Assembly: GCF_022539665.2 (NCBI RefSeq)
Contig: NC_081332.1
Span: 5,456,001 to 5,520,000, forward strand
Origin: Daphnia carinata
Taxonomy: Eukaryota
Direction of reading: 5' to 3'
DNA: 64,000 nucleotides
Shown: positions 26,401-40,100 of the stretch, in pieces
Layout of the letters: the number at the start of each line of letters is the position of its first letter
Numbering within the stretch: the first letter of the stretch is position 1
Position numbers and translations under genes: made by a program
The notes under the pieces: model-generated
The model's input: only the letters and a program-made list of their open reading frames with translations
Database searches by the model: none
Told to the model about the DNA's origin: nothing

Positions 26401-28859
26401 GGCCGACGGAAATTCGTCCTCCCTAACGAAGAAATTTGTTGAAAAATCAACTCAACTGGATGCAGCGAAACAACAGTGCGCACACTTGGAACAAACCATA
26501 GGGGCACTACAAGACCAGATCAAGAGTCTTCAAAATCAATTAGTAGCGATACAGGTAAGCCGAAATTTGTTGGTGATTGTTGAGGCACAGTTAACATATA
26601 TAGTTTGAATATTGCAGAGCCAGAATGAAATCCCAAATCCAGTTGTCCAAAAATTATTGAACGAAATAGAAGGTCGCAATACTCGCGTTCTCCAACTAGA
26701 AAAACAATTATCAGCAAAGCAGGATATTATAAACCAACGAGAAAAAGAAGTCGATGGCATCAATAATAAACTCAAAGAAACGGAACAAGATCTCAACACA
26801 GAAAAGGCTAAAGTTTGGCAGCTGCAACAAGACATGGAAAATTCTCAGGGCAAGCTGAAGGTGACGGAGCGTGAAGTGTCACTTGAGAAAAATAGACTTC
26901 AACAGCTACAGACGGAAATAGCAAATGCCGACATGAATGCCGCCGCATTAACCAAGAAAATGATGGAAAAAACTGCACAACTCGACGAGGCAAGGCAGCG
27001 TTGCAATGGGCTGGAACAGAAAGTACTGAGACTCGAAGAACAAGTAGGCAGTCTTCAGGGTCAGTTACGCAGCTTGCAGGTAGTAAAGACATTGCCTTTT
27101 AATATATCGAATTCGGTTTTATACATCTTCGTTGTTTAGGTTGCGCGTGCTCAGGGTGAAACCGAACAACGACAGCTTCTGGACGAACTAGATGCATGTA
27201 GGGCACGGATAAACCTGTTGGAAAGGCAATCATCCACAAAACAGGATACAATTACAATGCTCCAGAACCATATTGAGACTTATGAAAAAAAAATTCAGAT
27301 GCTCGATCGAGAAGCCGGTGAGAAAAACAGCCAAGTAGAGTTGAACCGTCGTCAAAACGATCGCCTTGTTGATGAAATTGACAAAGCAAAAATAGATAAT
27401 TCTTCACTTCGGCAAGAAAACGAGTAAGAGAAACAAATTCTTTCATGCCAATCAATATGTTTTTTATATGACTGTTATATTGTGTTTGATATAGGCGATT
27501 AGTTGCTTCGCTCGCTCAAAGTCGTGGGGAATTGGATCGCGAACGTAAAGGAGCTGAGGATCTGCGACGAGAGATTCAGTCATATGTCAACCACGTACGA
27601 CAAGTGGAGGGCATTTTGGCAAGAAAGGTTGGTGTAGATTCTCACGAATAAAACTCTTGAGCTATTAAATAGATACAACGTTCCTTTGCCTGTTTTAAGG
27701 ACGAAGAAAAAGATGCCCTCTTGAAGCAGTTTCAAGCTTTAGCAAACGAGACCAGCAGCTTTGAGACGGAAAGAGAAAATATGGAAAGGTCTGTTCGCAG
27801 TCAGCAACAAGAAGTTACCACCTTGCAGGCAGAATTATTGACTGTGCGACGGAGACTTGGAGAACTCGAACAACTGTATGCACAGCAGAAAACAGCTGGG
27901 GTTCAATCAGAAATGCAAGCTGATGATTTATTACGGCGATTGGGTATTTTGGAGCGAGACATACGAGATGAACGAGGAGATAAGGTATTTTAATCTAGTT
28001 TTGACACAAATCAGATGAATAATGTTAGGATTATCATTGCTAGATACGACTGGAGCAGCAGCTTGCCGCCGCTCACGACCTCCAAAATCGACTGGAAAAA
28101 CAATTAGAAAAACTCCGAATGGAAGCTGCCCAAGCTGACTCAACCACCCATCAGGCAAGATTGGCTTTAAAAATGCTACAACTACTTACATTTCTCTAAT
28201 TTTACTGCTTTTCTTGTGTTTTAGATGGAAACTGAAACTACCCGACTACACGAGGATTTCCGTGTACTCGACCAACGTCTATTGAAAGAAAAGGAAAATG
28301 TCCGCAATTTAGAGTCGCTTGTATCGATCTTGCGGCAAGAGAGATCCCAACAAGAAAACCAGATGCGCACCATGTCCCAAGACTTAACCCGATTACATCA
28401 TCGAGAGATTATTTTGCAAGAAGAACTGTAATGAGCTTTATTTCATTTTCCCCTAATTTTCCTTTTTATCCGCTTCGGTTGCAAAACTTTTAGGATGGGC
28501 ATGCTTTTATTTTTTATTTTATCTTGTTTAGAGCGAATGTGAAAGCAGAGCTATGTGGCACTGAAGGCAAAGTTGCCGATTTAAGTCGCGAAAATCAACG
28601 CTTGAAACAAGAGGTTCTCCAAGAGAAGTTTGAGCGCGAGAAGACTCGACAGGAGTACAAACGCATTAGCAATCTGAATCGCACATCACCTTTGCTATCC
28701 TACAATGCCTCACCTGCTCCTGGAGCTTTGCACAATCTTTCAACAGCAACGATAGGGACTGTTACTGTAGCCGGCGCAAGTGGAGGATCATCGGCCAGCT
28801 CGCCACGAAAAAGACAAACGGTTGCAGCACGATTTGCAAACAATGAAACACAGACATGA
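23438..28859 (+). CDS. CEP135: Centrosomal protein CEP135/Bld10-like long coiled-coil protein, multi-exon
   Basis: N-terminus YVSVRQRLDDLGY..LSNDSVPLVDKLVKDL matches the CEP135 N-terminal signature. Later YVNHVRQVEGILARKDEEKDALLKQFQ and C-terminal EKFEREKTRQEYKR resemble the CEP135/TSGA10 family. Many coiled-coil exons. Confidence 0.8.
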
Positions 28860-29349
28860 AAGGTACCTTTTTATTTGGCACAAATTCTTGAGTTCGTTCT
28901 TATCATCAAACCTATTTCCCATTCGAAATATATTATTCATTTCTAGATTTTATTTGACCATTCAAAGGTGCACTGGAATGATATTCGTGTGTTTAGTAGA
29001 TGAATGCAGAATGTGCTTGCACGCCTTATTTTTTATTTGCAACCCTTTACCAAAATTATAGAGCTTAACTGACTTTAAGTCATTGAACAGTTGACTAAAT
29101 TTTGTTCTTCATTCTTCAACACTGGTTAAAAATCGCAGTAGGCAGGTATAAAAAAAAATTAAAAGTCGAAATCCTTATCCGCTAAAATTTCAGTGCGTAA
29201 AAGAGACGTAAACAAGTTGCTAGCGCAACCCTTAGACTTGGCATCTAGTCGAACTAATGAGGTAGCAGACGAAAAACTAGACGAAAAAAAAACGAAAAAA
29301 GTAAACAGCGTAATCGTGCAAGCGAACAGTGAAACAATAAAACAAAAAT

Positions 29350-30648
29350 ATGTTTAAAATCATTGTTCCGAACAGGTCCATTTTTCGATATTTCAGCGTA
29401 TGTGATACGTTCAATTTTAAGAGAGAAGAATATAACCATTTGTTTCAATAGAAAACTAGCCGAAACAGGACTTATGTTAGGATCGTTGAAGTTGGACCGA
29501 GGGATGGTTTGCAAAATGAAAAACAAGTCGTACCAACTTCCACGAAAATTGAATTCATTAACAAGTTATCAGATGCAGGACTAAAATCGATAGAGGCCAC
29601 CAGGTACATGCCAAAATGTCTATATCTTTATAACATCTTAGATCAAAAGAAAATGACCATGTTTCTAGTTTTGTGTCACCAAAATGGGTTCCTCAAATGG
29701 CAGACCACTCAGAAGTGTTCATGGGAATTAACAAGTACCCTGATGTCAGCTATCCTGTTCTAACTCCAAATGTTTTGGGCTTGAATGCTGCAGTAAGTTC
29801 TTGAATTAAATGTGAGATTATTTTACTTACTAGGATATCTAAGATGTTTTGACAACTTCACCCATATTTGTTAACAGATGAAGGTAGGGGCTAAAGAAGT
29901 AGCTGTTTTTGGGGCTGCATCAGAATCTTTCAGTCGAAAGAACATCAATTGCACTGTAGAAGAAAGTATTCAAAGATTTAAAGAAGTTGTGAATGAGGCG
30001 AAACAGCATGGAATACGAATTCGCGGATACGTGTCTTGTGTAGTTGGATGCCCCTACGAGGGTCCCATCGCACCCTCCGCTGTTGCCAAAGTATTTTCTC
30101 TATTTTTTCTTTTACCAATTTTTTAGCCTTTCATTGGATAACCATTCGTTATTTGCTTTAAGGTTGCTGAAGCATTATTCGACGTCGGATGCTATGAAGT
30201 TTCCCTAGGTGATACAATTGGAGTAGGAACTCCTGGGTCTATCAGCAAAATGTTAAAGGAAGTCACGAAGCACGTTTCCGTTGAGACGCTAGCACTCCAT
30301 TGCCACGACACGTACGGGCAAGCCTTGGCTAACATCTTAAGAGGAATTGATGTAAATCAAGAAGTTTTCAGCCGCGATTGATCTTGGAATTGAAATACGA
30401 ATTGTGTTTTACAGATGGGGATAGCCGTCGTAGATTCATCTGTTGGGGGATTAGGCGGATGTCCATATGCAAAGGGAGCATCAGGTAATGTGGCGTCGGA
30501 GGAAGTTGTCTACATGTTGCACGGGCTCGGTATAGACACAGGAGTTGATCTGAATAAGCTAATCGATGCAGGCGAGTACATGTGCGCTGTGCTAGGGCGG
30601 CCGAGTGGATCAAAAGTAAGTCGTGCCATGTTGTCAAAAAAATGTTGA
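29350..30648 (+). CDS. HMGCL: Hydroxymethylglutaryl-CoA lyase, mitochondrial
   Basis: Motifs [67 protein letters not shown] and [18 protein letters not shown]. Confidence 0.95.
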
Positions 30649-30727
30649 GATGCAAGGCATGTGCATACAGTACTGTACAACACAAAATGTAATATATTTA
30701 ATGTTCATCTATAAACGCTTCAGTGGT

Positions 30728-31689
30728 TCATTTGTTATATTTAACGAAGACATTTCCTTGTTTGGCATTAATCGTTTTCCAAAGATCTACTTGCAGAGAC
30801 TTGCATTCCATTATATCCGTGTAAATACGACCATTCAGATGATCCATTTCATGTTGAATGATTCTTGCCGCCCAGCCTGTTACGTCCCATTCCGTCGGAG
30901 ATCCATCGTATTCGTATCCCTGAATATTGATTCGAACAAGATTAAAGACTACAACAAACATGGATAGAATACCACATTTACCTTAATATGCACTCCTCTA
31001 TATCTCGGTACCAAGGCACTCATCCCTTTGAGGCTCTCACAAGCTTCAGGAAAAAGAGTTTGCTTAAAATCTTTTATTTCCATTACTGGGTTGATAAATA
31101 CCTACAAAAAGAAGCAATTACAAAAAATAATTGGTCTAGATTGGTATTCATGTTTCCTACCCTAAAAGGGGTAGTGACTATTTCACGTGTTTTACAAACT
31201 TCTGGACCAAAATGTTGTACTACATATTCTGGAATTTCAATCATCATAATTCTTAAAGGAATCCCAATCTGTGGGGCTGAAATCCCAACTGATTTATAGT
31301 TTTTCATTACACTTCTCAAAACAAGAAGAATATGCTTCATCCGATCAGAACTAAGCTCTTCAAGTGGCACTTCTCCAGCTTTTAGCCTTAATGTTGGGTC
31401 TGTTTTCATATTACTTTTTTTTAATGGATCCAAAAAAATTCAATATAAATATTATGCATACGCAATTACCACCGATTTGGCACACGTGTTTGAAAGGCGG
31501 AGCCGGTAGTTGGGGAGCCCACAGATCGCGGTACCTTTAGTCGAAAGCACACGTTCGTAAGTAGTCAATAACTCATACCACAATCGTGAAAAATAGTTAC
31601 CATGCTTGAAATTTTGCGAAGGATGATCGACAGCGGACTAAAACTGGTGTAATAGGACGTTTATTTAAAAGTTTGGTATGTTGAAACAT
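30728..31689 (-). CDS. PDF: Peptide deformylase, mitochondrial
   Basis: PPFKHVCQIGDPTLR, motif 1 GISAPQIG, motif 2 EACES, motif 3 QHEMDHLNG; basic N-terminal transit-like exon. Confidence 0.92.
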
Positions 31690-33011
31690 TTCAGTATTTT
31701 CTTTTCTGTTCTTCAAATATCGTCGTCTGCCAAACAGATCGATTCTTTCAACCGGAAAAATCGATCGTGTAATTTAATTCCATTTGATGGGAACACCTTA
31801 TTTTGTGGTTTAAGGCTAAAATTCCACAACAAGCAGGAAACTGATTGACTGATGGTTTTATAATTATATTTTGGCTTGAAGCTCTTCTTCCTCGCTAACA
31901 TTTCCTCCTAACAGAGCAAGGAAACACAAAAAGAAGAAAACAAGAATGTCGACCTCCAAATCCCCCTCTTCGAACCCTTCGGCTTTTCAACACAGCGCGA
32001 TAAAAAATAATCGTAGTAATGGCTGCCAAGCAAGCATGTAGCTTTTAAGAGTAAATCACGTGCTAAAAATTGTAACTCCTAAACTGGGGCGGGTATTTAA
32101 CGATTCTTTTGATGCGCAACCACCGCTTTTTATGGTGAATTGGGTTCTTTGTTAGTTATTTTAACTTGACCCACATGTTTTCCTTTTTCCGGTCGATTTA
32201 GCCTCAATCGGAGCGTTCGTCAACTTTTAGTCGACATGCGGGCTGCTGTTTCAATCATTATCATTACATGTGTCCAAACGGAAACAAATATTTCAGTTGA
32301 ACTGCAGCGCTTTCTCTTCATTATACATAAGAATATGTGATATCAAATCAAATTCAGTTACGAAAAATTGAGCATTGTGGTGAAAAAGTTATTCGAGAAG
32401 TTAGAAGGGGAAAATCTTTTTTTTTTTTTTCGACAAAGATGTCGAGTCTATAGAAGCAGAGATCTTGAATACCCCCCCCCCTTCCCTCTAGGACCGTGCG
32501 TCACGGGTAAAATAGCGCCTCAAGCGAAGAGGTCTGGTTAGCCGCCATTTCGGAATTTCGACCAATGGCCAACGAGGAAAGGCGGGTTATTTTGCTTTTC
32601 GAGCGCGCCACAGAGCCGTCTTTTTTTTCTCATAGAGCTTTTTTGTTTGTTACTAGCTAAAGAAGCTTTTTTTTTCTTTCTTTCAAATAGGAGGAGAAGA
32701 AAAAAGTAGGGGTTGGGAACTAGGAAGAAGAAGAAGTAGAAGGCGAGTGGTGCTCGGCAGTTGTTCCGTCGTCATCGTCGGCCCTAGACGGCCCGATTTT
32801 CTAGGGAGATTTTCTCTCTAGGTTTCTTTTTTCTCTTTCTCTTTTTACATTTCTTCATTCTCTTTCTCTTTGGCGCGCATCGGTTTTCGTGGCCCACTTT
32901 TTCAGTGACGCTTCGTCCGAGCAGGAAGAAGCAACACGCTTCCAACATCTCTTTCGGCATCGTCTTTAGCAGCAGCTGTAGAAGTCTTCAAGTCTCGACA
33001 CCACTTGTTGC

Positions 33012-33085
33012 CGGGTGATTGTGTGTCTGGTCCATGTTACTTGATTTGGCATTCGATATTCATGACTAGATCCACACTCATCCAG
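33012..33085 (+). ncRNA. mir-279: pre-miRNA mir-279 hairpin; mature 3p at 33063-33084
   Basis: TGACTAGATCCACACTCATCCA matches the arthropod miR-279 mature sequence as I recall it. The 5' arm GGGTGATTGTGTGTCTGGTCCATG (33013-33036) pairs with it. Confidence 0.93.
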
Positions 33086-34142
33086 TGACGTAGTTGGTAT
33101 TTCATCCGTTTCAGTCTTGTTTGATTTGCCCATGTCGCTCGGTTGCTTTATTGTTAGTTTCTTGTAACGGCTTGGAAATACAAGGAAAACTTGTTGGACA
33201 CAGAAAAGAGAGAGTTAGCATCGCTGCAGAGAGAGGCGTGCGCGCAAGTTTCGAAGGCCAGAAAGAAGCGGGAGAAGGGGAGAAGCAAGGAACGGCGTCT
33301 TCCTCAAGGCGCTGTCCTTGAGAAAGCTCACCATTTTTATATACACGTTCTCTTCCTCTGTTCTGGCTTCGAATTTTCTTTCGTGTTTCTACCCAAGCTT
33401 TCTATACACATCACCACGACCACCTGTTTTCTCCCCTATTTTTTAAAGGTAATTTTCATATTTTATCACGAAGATCTACCTGTTCGAATGGGTCTTTGTT
33501 CACATGTCAAAAGGAGACCGTTGGAACAGAAAAATAAAGAAAAATGGGCGCGAGAGGGATTTTTAGAAAGGGCCTCTTAAATTTCCCCCCTACAAAAAAG
33601 CCTAAAGGGATGCATTTATTTGGTACAAAAGCTTGAAAAAGAAATGGAATAGCTCGAGGGTTTTTCTATGCAACCAATGACTGTTCTCTTTGCTGAGTGG
33701 AGCAAATGGGGAATGACGCCCATGCCGGATGCATCATACCTGAGGAAACTACAGGGGACAAGTTTCCTTTGTTCTCGAGATTCTTGCTTGAGTGTCCTAA
33801 ATATGAAGATTCCCCCTAAAAAGATAATAAAACTGGTTTCAGCTACGACTATTCCATCACGAGGAAACGCTAAAAGGTCAACGACGTTCCTTTACCTAAA
33901 ACATGTCGTGCATCTCCCTTGAATTTATTCAAAGCGCTCACTTCACTTAAAAACAGCCATCTCGGTATTTTTCGGTTAAGAAATTGTGAAATTCATGAAA
34001 TGGATGATGATTGATGAATAAAAAGATCGTTAGATTAGGGCATGACAGCTATACATCGAGAGATTGAAACGTCAAGTCTATGTTTCAAATTCTTTTTAAT
34101 GTTGCTCATAATCAAAGAAAAAAAAGCAGAAAAATTGGAATT

Positions 34143-36397
34143 TTAATCGAAGACTGTTCCTATACTGCTGGGACTGTCGAGAAGACCCTTTGAAATGGCA
34201 TCACGTTCCAGATCAATCAGTTGACGACGAAGTCGTTGGGCTTTAGAGCGTAATTCTTTGTCCTGCTCACAAATTGCAGCAATGTCACGCCACGCATCGT
34301 CGTAAACTTTAGGTTCTACCACATAGGCGAGATACATGGCCGGCCACAAATTCTGCATCAATTGAGACAAAATAACAACTTACTTTTCAATCTGATGTCG
34401 AAGCCATGCCAAGATTAGTTATGTGAAAAATTTTAACAAACCACACTCATCGGAGCAACAGAAGGCCAAATAACGCGGTTGTTGGGCTCGTACAGAGGGT
34501 TCAAGAAAGACCGAAGTATTTCTGGTCGATTGAGATGCGACCATAAACTAACCGTCTTATTTGCCAATTGCATCTGATGACGATCTAATTCATTGTTTCC
34601 CAGGAACGTACCTGTCATCAATTAAGGCTCAATTCATAAGCTTCCAAACGAAGATATGATAGTCATTGGTGTTGCCCTTACCGAATTGAGACCAGTAAGA
34701 ATGGCGAGCTAATTGAATAAGAAATCCTTCGTTAAACTCAAAACTGCATGGGAATTGTTGCATGATTTGCCAAGTGCAATCGATAAAAAGTAAAAATGTA
34801 GGTGCGTTTTCTTTCCCCCGAGAGACAGTGTTACTCAGGGCCGAACGGTGGTGACGTTGGACGAATGGATATCCCGCCTGAATCCATTCACGCTCAATCA
34901 ATGCCTCAAATCTGAAGCAGAAATAATTAAACAAAGTTAACGTACTCCATTGCCTGGATGCTTCAGGAAACTACGATACCCGTGAACAGTTCTTGAATCA
35001 GGACTAAGGATGACTTGAGCGAGAGCAGAGACGGCCAAAGTCGAATCAAGACCTTCCCCTCCATGCAGCAACACGGCAGCAGTTTCCTGATCAATGCACT
35101 GAGAAACCAAACAAGCACAGTTCATAGTCTCTTTAACATAGGAGAGCCATTGGGAAGATTCTAGCCGAGACAACCACTTATCCATAGAACTGCCAGTGTC
35201 TAAGCAGGCTAGGAAATTGCAAAAGAAAGTCAACTGTCATCCAACTGCCATTCTACAATATTCAATTACCTTCAACAAGTTTGGATAGAGATTCTAGTAA
35301 TGATTGTAGTCTTTCGATGGGCTTATGAATTCGGCGCCATTGTGGATAGTGAGATTCGATCTCAAAGCCCCCTGATCCTTTAGACTTGATAACACAGTTG
35401 AAAGATATAAGCATAAGAATCGGATTCGCGAATTAAGAATCTTCTCAATACTTTGGGCGTTGGAGTTGTGCTCTGATGGCGAGTGTCAATAATATATCCA
35501 CGCATTCCTGGTTTTAGTACACTGTTAAGGAGTTTTTCATCTTCACGGCAACGTTTGACGTTTGGTCCAGAAGGAGGCTGACTACTTCGCATCATCACCG
35601 CCTAAAGAAATAACCAGTAGTGGATCGAATTGAAGTCTGCCAACTGTTGGAACTAAACCACTTACTCCTCCTTCATGCCTATAGGATAGGACGGGAAATC
35701 TTCCTCCAACTCTAAACGATGCAGCAGCTATTAAGACATCATCGTCCACAGCTTTTGGGACTACAACGGCAGAAGGGTATGAAGAACAGATTGAATAATC
35801 CTTATTGACATAAGAAATTCTCCAGTCTTCCTGTTGTTGCATGACTAGCTTGGAAAATTCAATTTCAGGCCTAAAGGCTGTCCACCCATCTTCAATTACA
35901 TTGTAAACTGGTTGATAGAAGAAAGGGTAGTAGAGTGACTGATTTTCTGCATTCAACAAAAATGTTTCATTAGCAGGCTGTTACAGGAAGGAAAACCTTC
36001 TGAAAATGGTAAAGTACCTATGGACGACAAGCAATCCAGCGATGCTGAAACATTATTCAACTCTTCTGAATTTTGAAAATCAAAGCTAATGACAGAAAAA
36101 TCTTTGCACTTAAGAGTAAGAGTGCCGCCTGGGGCTGGGGGTGTGTTGGGTTTTCTTTCAACTAAATCTATAATCCTGTGAATCAGCTATAACAATGAAA
36201 AACGAGATAATTAAAAACCTTTGATGAAAAATACTAGTAATACTTGATACCCAGAATTCATCAGGACTCTCTCCTCCAGCAGAGAAAATCAGATGGTGTC
36301 CAGTAATACATAGCACTCCTTCAACAGACTTGTTAAGTGGGCGGTGTACTAGTACTTTTTCAACCCTAGGTGATTTGATGAGGTGTGCAAACTCCAT
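34143..36397 (-). CDS. MTMR9: Myotubularin-related protein 9 (catalytically inactive myotubularin)
   Basis: MEFAHLIKSPRV..GVLCITGHHLIFS, WRISYVNKDYSICSSYP, FRVGGRFPVLSY, degenerate active site VLLHGGEGLDST, LIEREWIQAGYPF, QQFPCSFEFNE and IWPSVAP. Confidence 0.93.
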
Positions 36398-37155
36398 TTC
36401 ATGCCTTCAATTTTTGAAATAAGCAATTTACAGAAATGTTGGGGAATTTAAATGTTTTTATGGTAAGACACCTTGCCTTTTGCCTTTTACTGTTTTCTGC
36501 GAATGATTTTTTTATAAGAGATGCGCGCGCAATTAATCGATAGAGCCTTAAAGAGTTTTAAAACCAATTCTTTCAGAAATTTTGAATAGAGCTATAGTTT
36601 CATTCTGGATGAGTTAATAAATGAGAGCCTTCTAATTCACCGAACAAAAACGTAAACATTGATGTTGCACTTTGCAGAATAGCAGAAATATAGAAAACTT
36701 TAGAGATTTCTTTTCTACAGTTGACAACGCCGCCGTTTTCTGGACTCAGGCCGGTGTGTGAACAGTCTGTAGTTGTAATAAATCAGGCGAAAGGCGAAAC
36801 CCAGAAATCTATCACGTATTTTGACTGGACTGGAGATTTGCGACACGTTTTTAAACAGTAAGTTTGTTTTTTAAGCATAAACTGTCGCTAACGCCCTTAC
36901 ACTATCTAGCATTTTTCTTGTTTCCAGCATCGTCGCTGGAACAGAAATATAGCCTGTGGGAGGAGCTTGTTTGACTGAAAATCCTCTCCGGATTCCGCTT
37001 GCTCTAGCGGTGTATCTACGAAGCAGAGGAAGGTCAGTCCTTAATGGTATGCTTGATAAATTTACGTTCGTTTTCCGTTTTGGAGCAAACATTTGTTAAA
37101 CTATTAACTACATTCATCAAGGGTCAAGGAAAAAAAAGTCTGCTGCTTCCTTGGA

Positions 37156-40100
37156 ATGAACAGCACTGAAGTTGATGGTGTCACCAATGAATCCTCGATT
37201 GACAGAGTCATGGAGGATGTTGATTTAATACCCAACAGACTGAATAGTGAACTTAGGGAGCCTGCAGATAATGTGGCCTCAACCTGTGAAAGTTCGAACA
37301 TCCTTTCACACTCTGAAAATTCTCCTGAACTGAATGGAGATAGCAAGGACCACCTTGATGATGAAGTACAAAGTCTGCATATAGCAGAGGATGTTGATGT
37401 AGATAGTGCAGAGGAAGGTGAAGAAGTAGAGGATGAAGAAATGCCAGAATTAATAGATTCAGATGGTGCTGGAAATCAAAGGCCTGGAAAGGATGACTCC
37501 ACAGCAGGAGAAACATCAGATGATGAGGAAGCACCACCAGGACTGATGGCTAACCATGGTTCAATGCTGAAGGATGAGTGCAAGAATGTTGATAGTGTTT
37601 CAAGTTATTTCGAAACAGAACAACATGAAGATGATCTGCAGGGCCATAATGGTAAAGGAGATCAAAACCAAAAGTAAGCTATAGTTACAGTCTTTACCAC
37701 CTAACCCCACTCAGTAAAATTAAAATATGCTAATATGCAACACTTTGGTATGTCAGACAGTTATGAACAGTAATTTTATGTTATTTTCTGTGTTTCTAGC
37801 AGCAAGCTACAAGGTACCCCATCTGCAGCCCTAAGGAGATCCAGCAGGACTAAGTTACCTGTTAGCCCATCTCCAAACGATGTCCCGTCTACTGTGGGAC
37901 GCACTACACGGTCACAAATCAATCCTGAAATAATCGCAAAGCAAAAGTAAAACATTTGTTATATTTCTTAATTTATACTTCATTATTGGAAATATGAATT
38001 ATTTAGTTAATTTTTGTGTTCCAGGTCTTTCATGCACAAATACCAAATTGCTGTAAAAAGCTCGATGGACTCGTACGTCCGAAGTGCAACCAGTGATGTG
38101 GAGCATGTAAAAGTGGAACATCAAGCCACAAAGCGCAAATGGGAAGACACGGGGGGCTTGGATTCGGCTAATTCTCCGCATTCGTCTCCAGTCCAAGACA
38201 AAAAAAGCAAAAAGTAAATAGGATAAAGGTCAACTCCAAAGAGAAGTTTCATTTATTAGTGTTTTGTAAACTTCATCTAGATTAATAGCAAATACCCCGT
38301 CGACGACTAAAGTTGGAAGTCACTTTATGGAATTGCAGAGCAAGTCGTTTACACGCCATGACACTTTTTGTTGGGCTTGCCACATGGATGGACAGGTACG
38401 GCAGTTCCATTTATTTTCATTTAAAGTTAATGATAGTTCCACTGTCCAAAATAACTGTTTTACGTCATTCTGATTAGGTACTAGAATGCCGACAGTGCCC
38501 TCGTGTGTTTCACCAACGATGCGTCCAGCTACAGTCTCCCATTCCACCCAAGTGGGTGTGTACGGAATGTGGTTCGGTGCGTAACGCCGAAAAGCATAAC
38601 CTTCTTGACATGGATCAGCTATCCGTCATGCTCAATTTCGCGATGGAACGAATCAAGTCGGTGGCGGATGCGCAACCTTTCTTTAAACCGGTTGACACCG
38701 AAGAATTCCCTCACTACACTGAATACATCGTTTGTCCAGTGGACATCAGCCAGTTAGAGGAAAAAATTTCTCGGAAATCTTACGCTTCCACAAGAGCTTT
38801 CCTTGCTGATTTCCGATGGATCTTGCATAACTGCATCATTTTCAATTCGTCCCACTCAAAATTGACTAGTACAGCCAGAACATTAATGAAGGTACTGTAG
38901 GCAAAAAAATGAACAAAGACATTTTCTGAAGTGCTAACTGTCCAATTGAAAATTGCAGGTGTGTAAGCACGAAATGGCTGAGATCGATACTTGTGCCGAT
39001 TGCTATGTCCATGCTCACACCAAACGAGAAACCTGGTTTTTGGAACCCTGTCGTCGGCCTCATCTACTACTCTGGGCAAAACTTAAAGTGACTGCAATCA
39101 AAGTGGTTGCCTTGGAAATAAAATAATCGGTTGCATCTTTCTTAGGGGTTTCCACATTGGCCGGCTAAAGCGATGAAAGCCAATAAAGAAGGAAACGTGG
39201 ATGTCCGTTTTTTTGGTGCGCATGATCGTGCCTGGGTGCCCGCAAAAGATTGCTTTTTGTATAGGTGAAACAAAACGATGACTAAGCTTTAATTCAATAA
39301 TCTAAACTTTCCAATTTGGCAGCCGCGAGATGCCCATGCAGTTAAAAAATCAGCGCAAGGCAAATTTAATCGCTTCAGTTGAAGAAGTTGACGAGCACAT
39401 TAAAAAGCTTATTGAACGCTACGGGTCCTTTACGTACCCGGCACCACGCACAGCATACAATCCAAGCAAAGAAGACGAGCAATTGCAACAACTTATTCCT
39501 GGGTACCAACTAAACCAATTTATTTGTTAGCGTTATATCGCGTTATGGTGTAGTTTCTTATTTGATCCTTTCTTTTCTTTAGCTACAAAGTGTCAGAACA
39601 TTCGCAAAGCTCGCGATGCAAATCTGATAGAGTAGGAGAATCTGGTGAAACAGAATCAATGAACTCTGATTCAGATGCAGGAGATGCTCTTGATAACGAC
39701 CTAGCCCCTCACAGTGACCTGCCCGAAGGGGACCGGACGGAAGATCATTCTGAAGGTCGAAACTTCTTGGCCATGTTACAGCTTGCGCCCCGTTCTTCTG
39801 CCGAAGCTGCCACTCCAAGAACTGTAACTCCCACTTCAACTTCAACTTCCGCATCACCAACCCCGAGCCAGAGCATGACTCCTGTAACGGTCTCCAAGGT
39901 AGCAACTCCCAACACAACACCCCCTGTTACCCTAAAGGTAGATACATATCATGCTGCGGCACGATATATTCTTTATTTTTCAAACGTTTAAAACGAAATT
40001 TCAATTTGCGATTTGTTCAACTTCACAGAGCAAAAATAGTAAAACAACCCGTGTTTCCACACCCAAAGTGAGTAGTGGAGAAACGGCGGATGATTTGCCG

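Noticed and set aside
32966..33133. 55-aa minus-strand smORF (MGKSNK...EDFYSCC) with an upstream TATA-like string
   Set aside because: It is antisense to the mir-279 hairpin, which already explains the region, and I recognise no homology.
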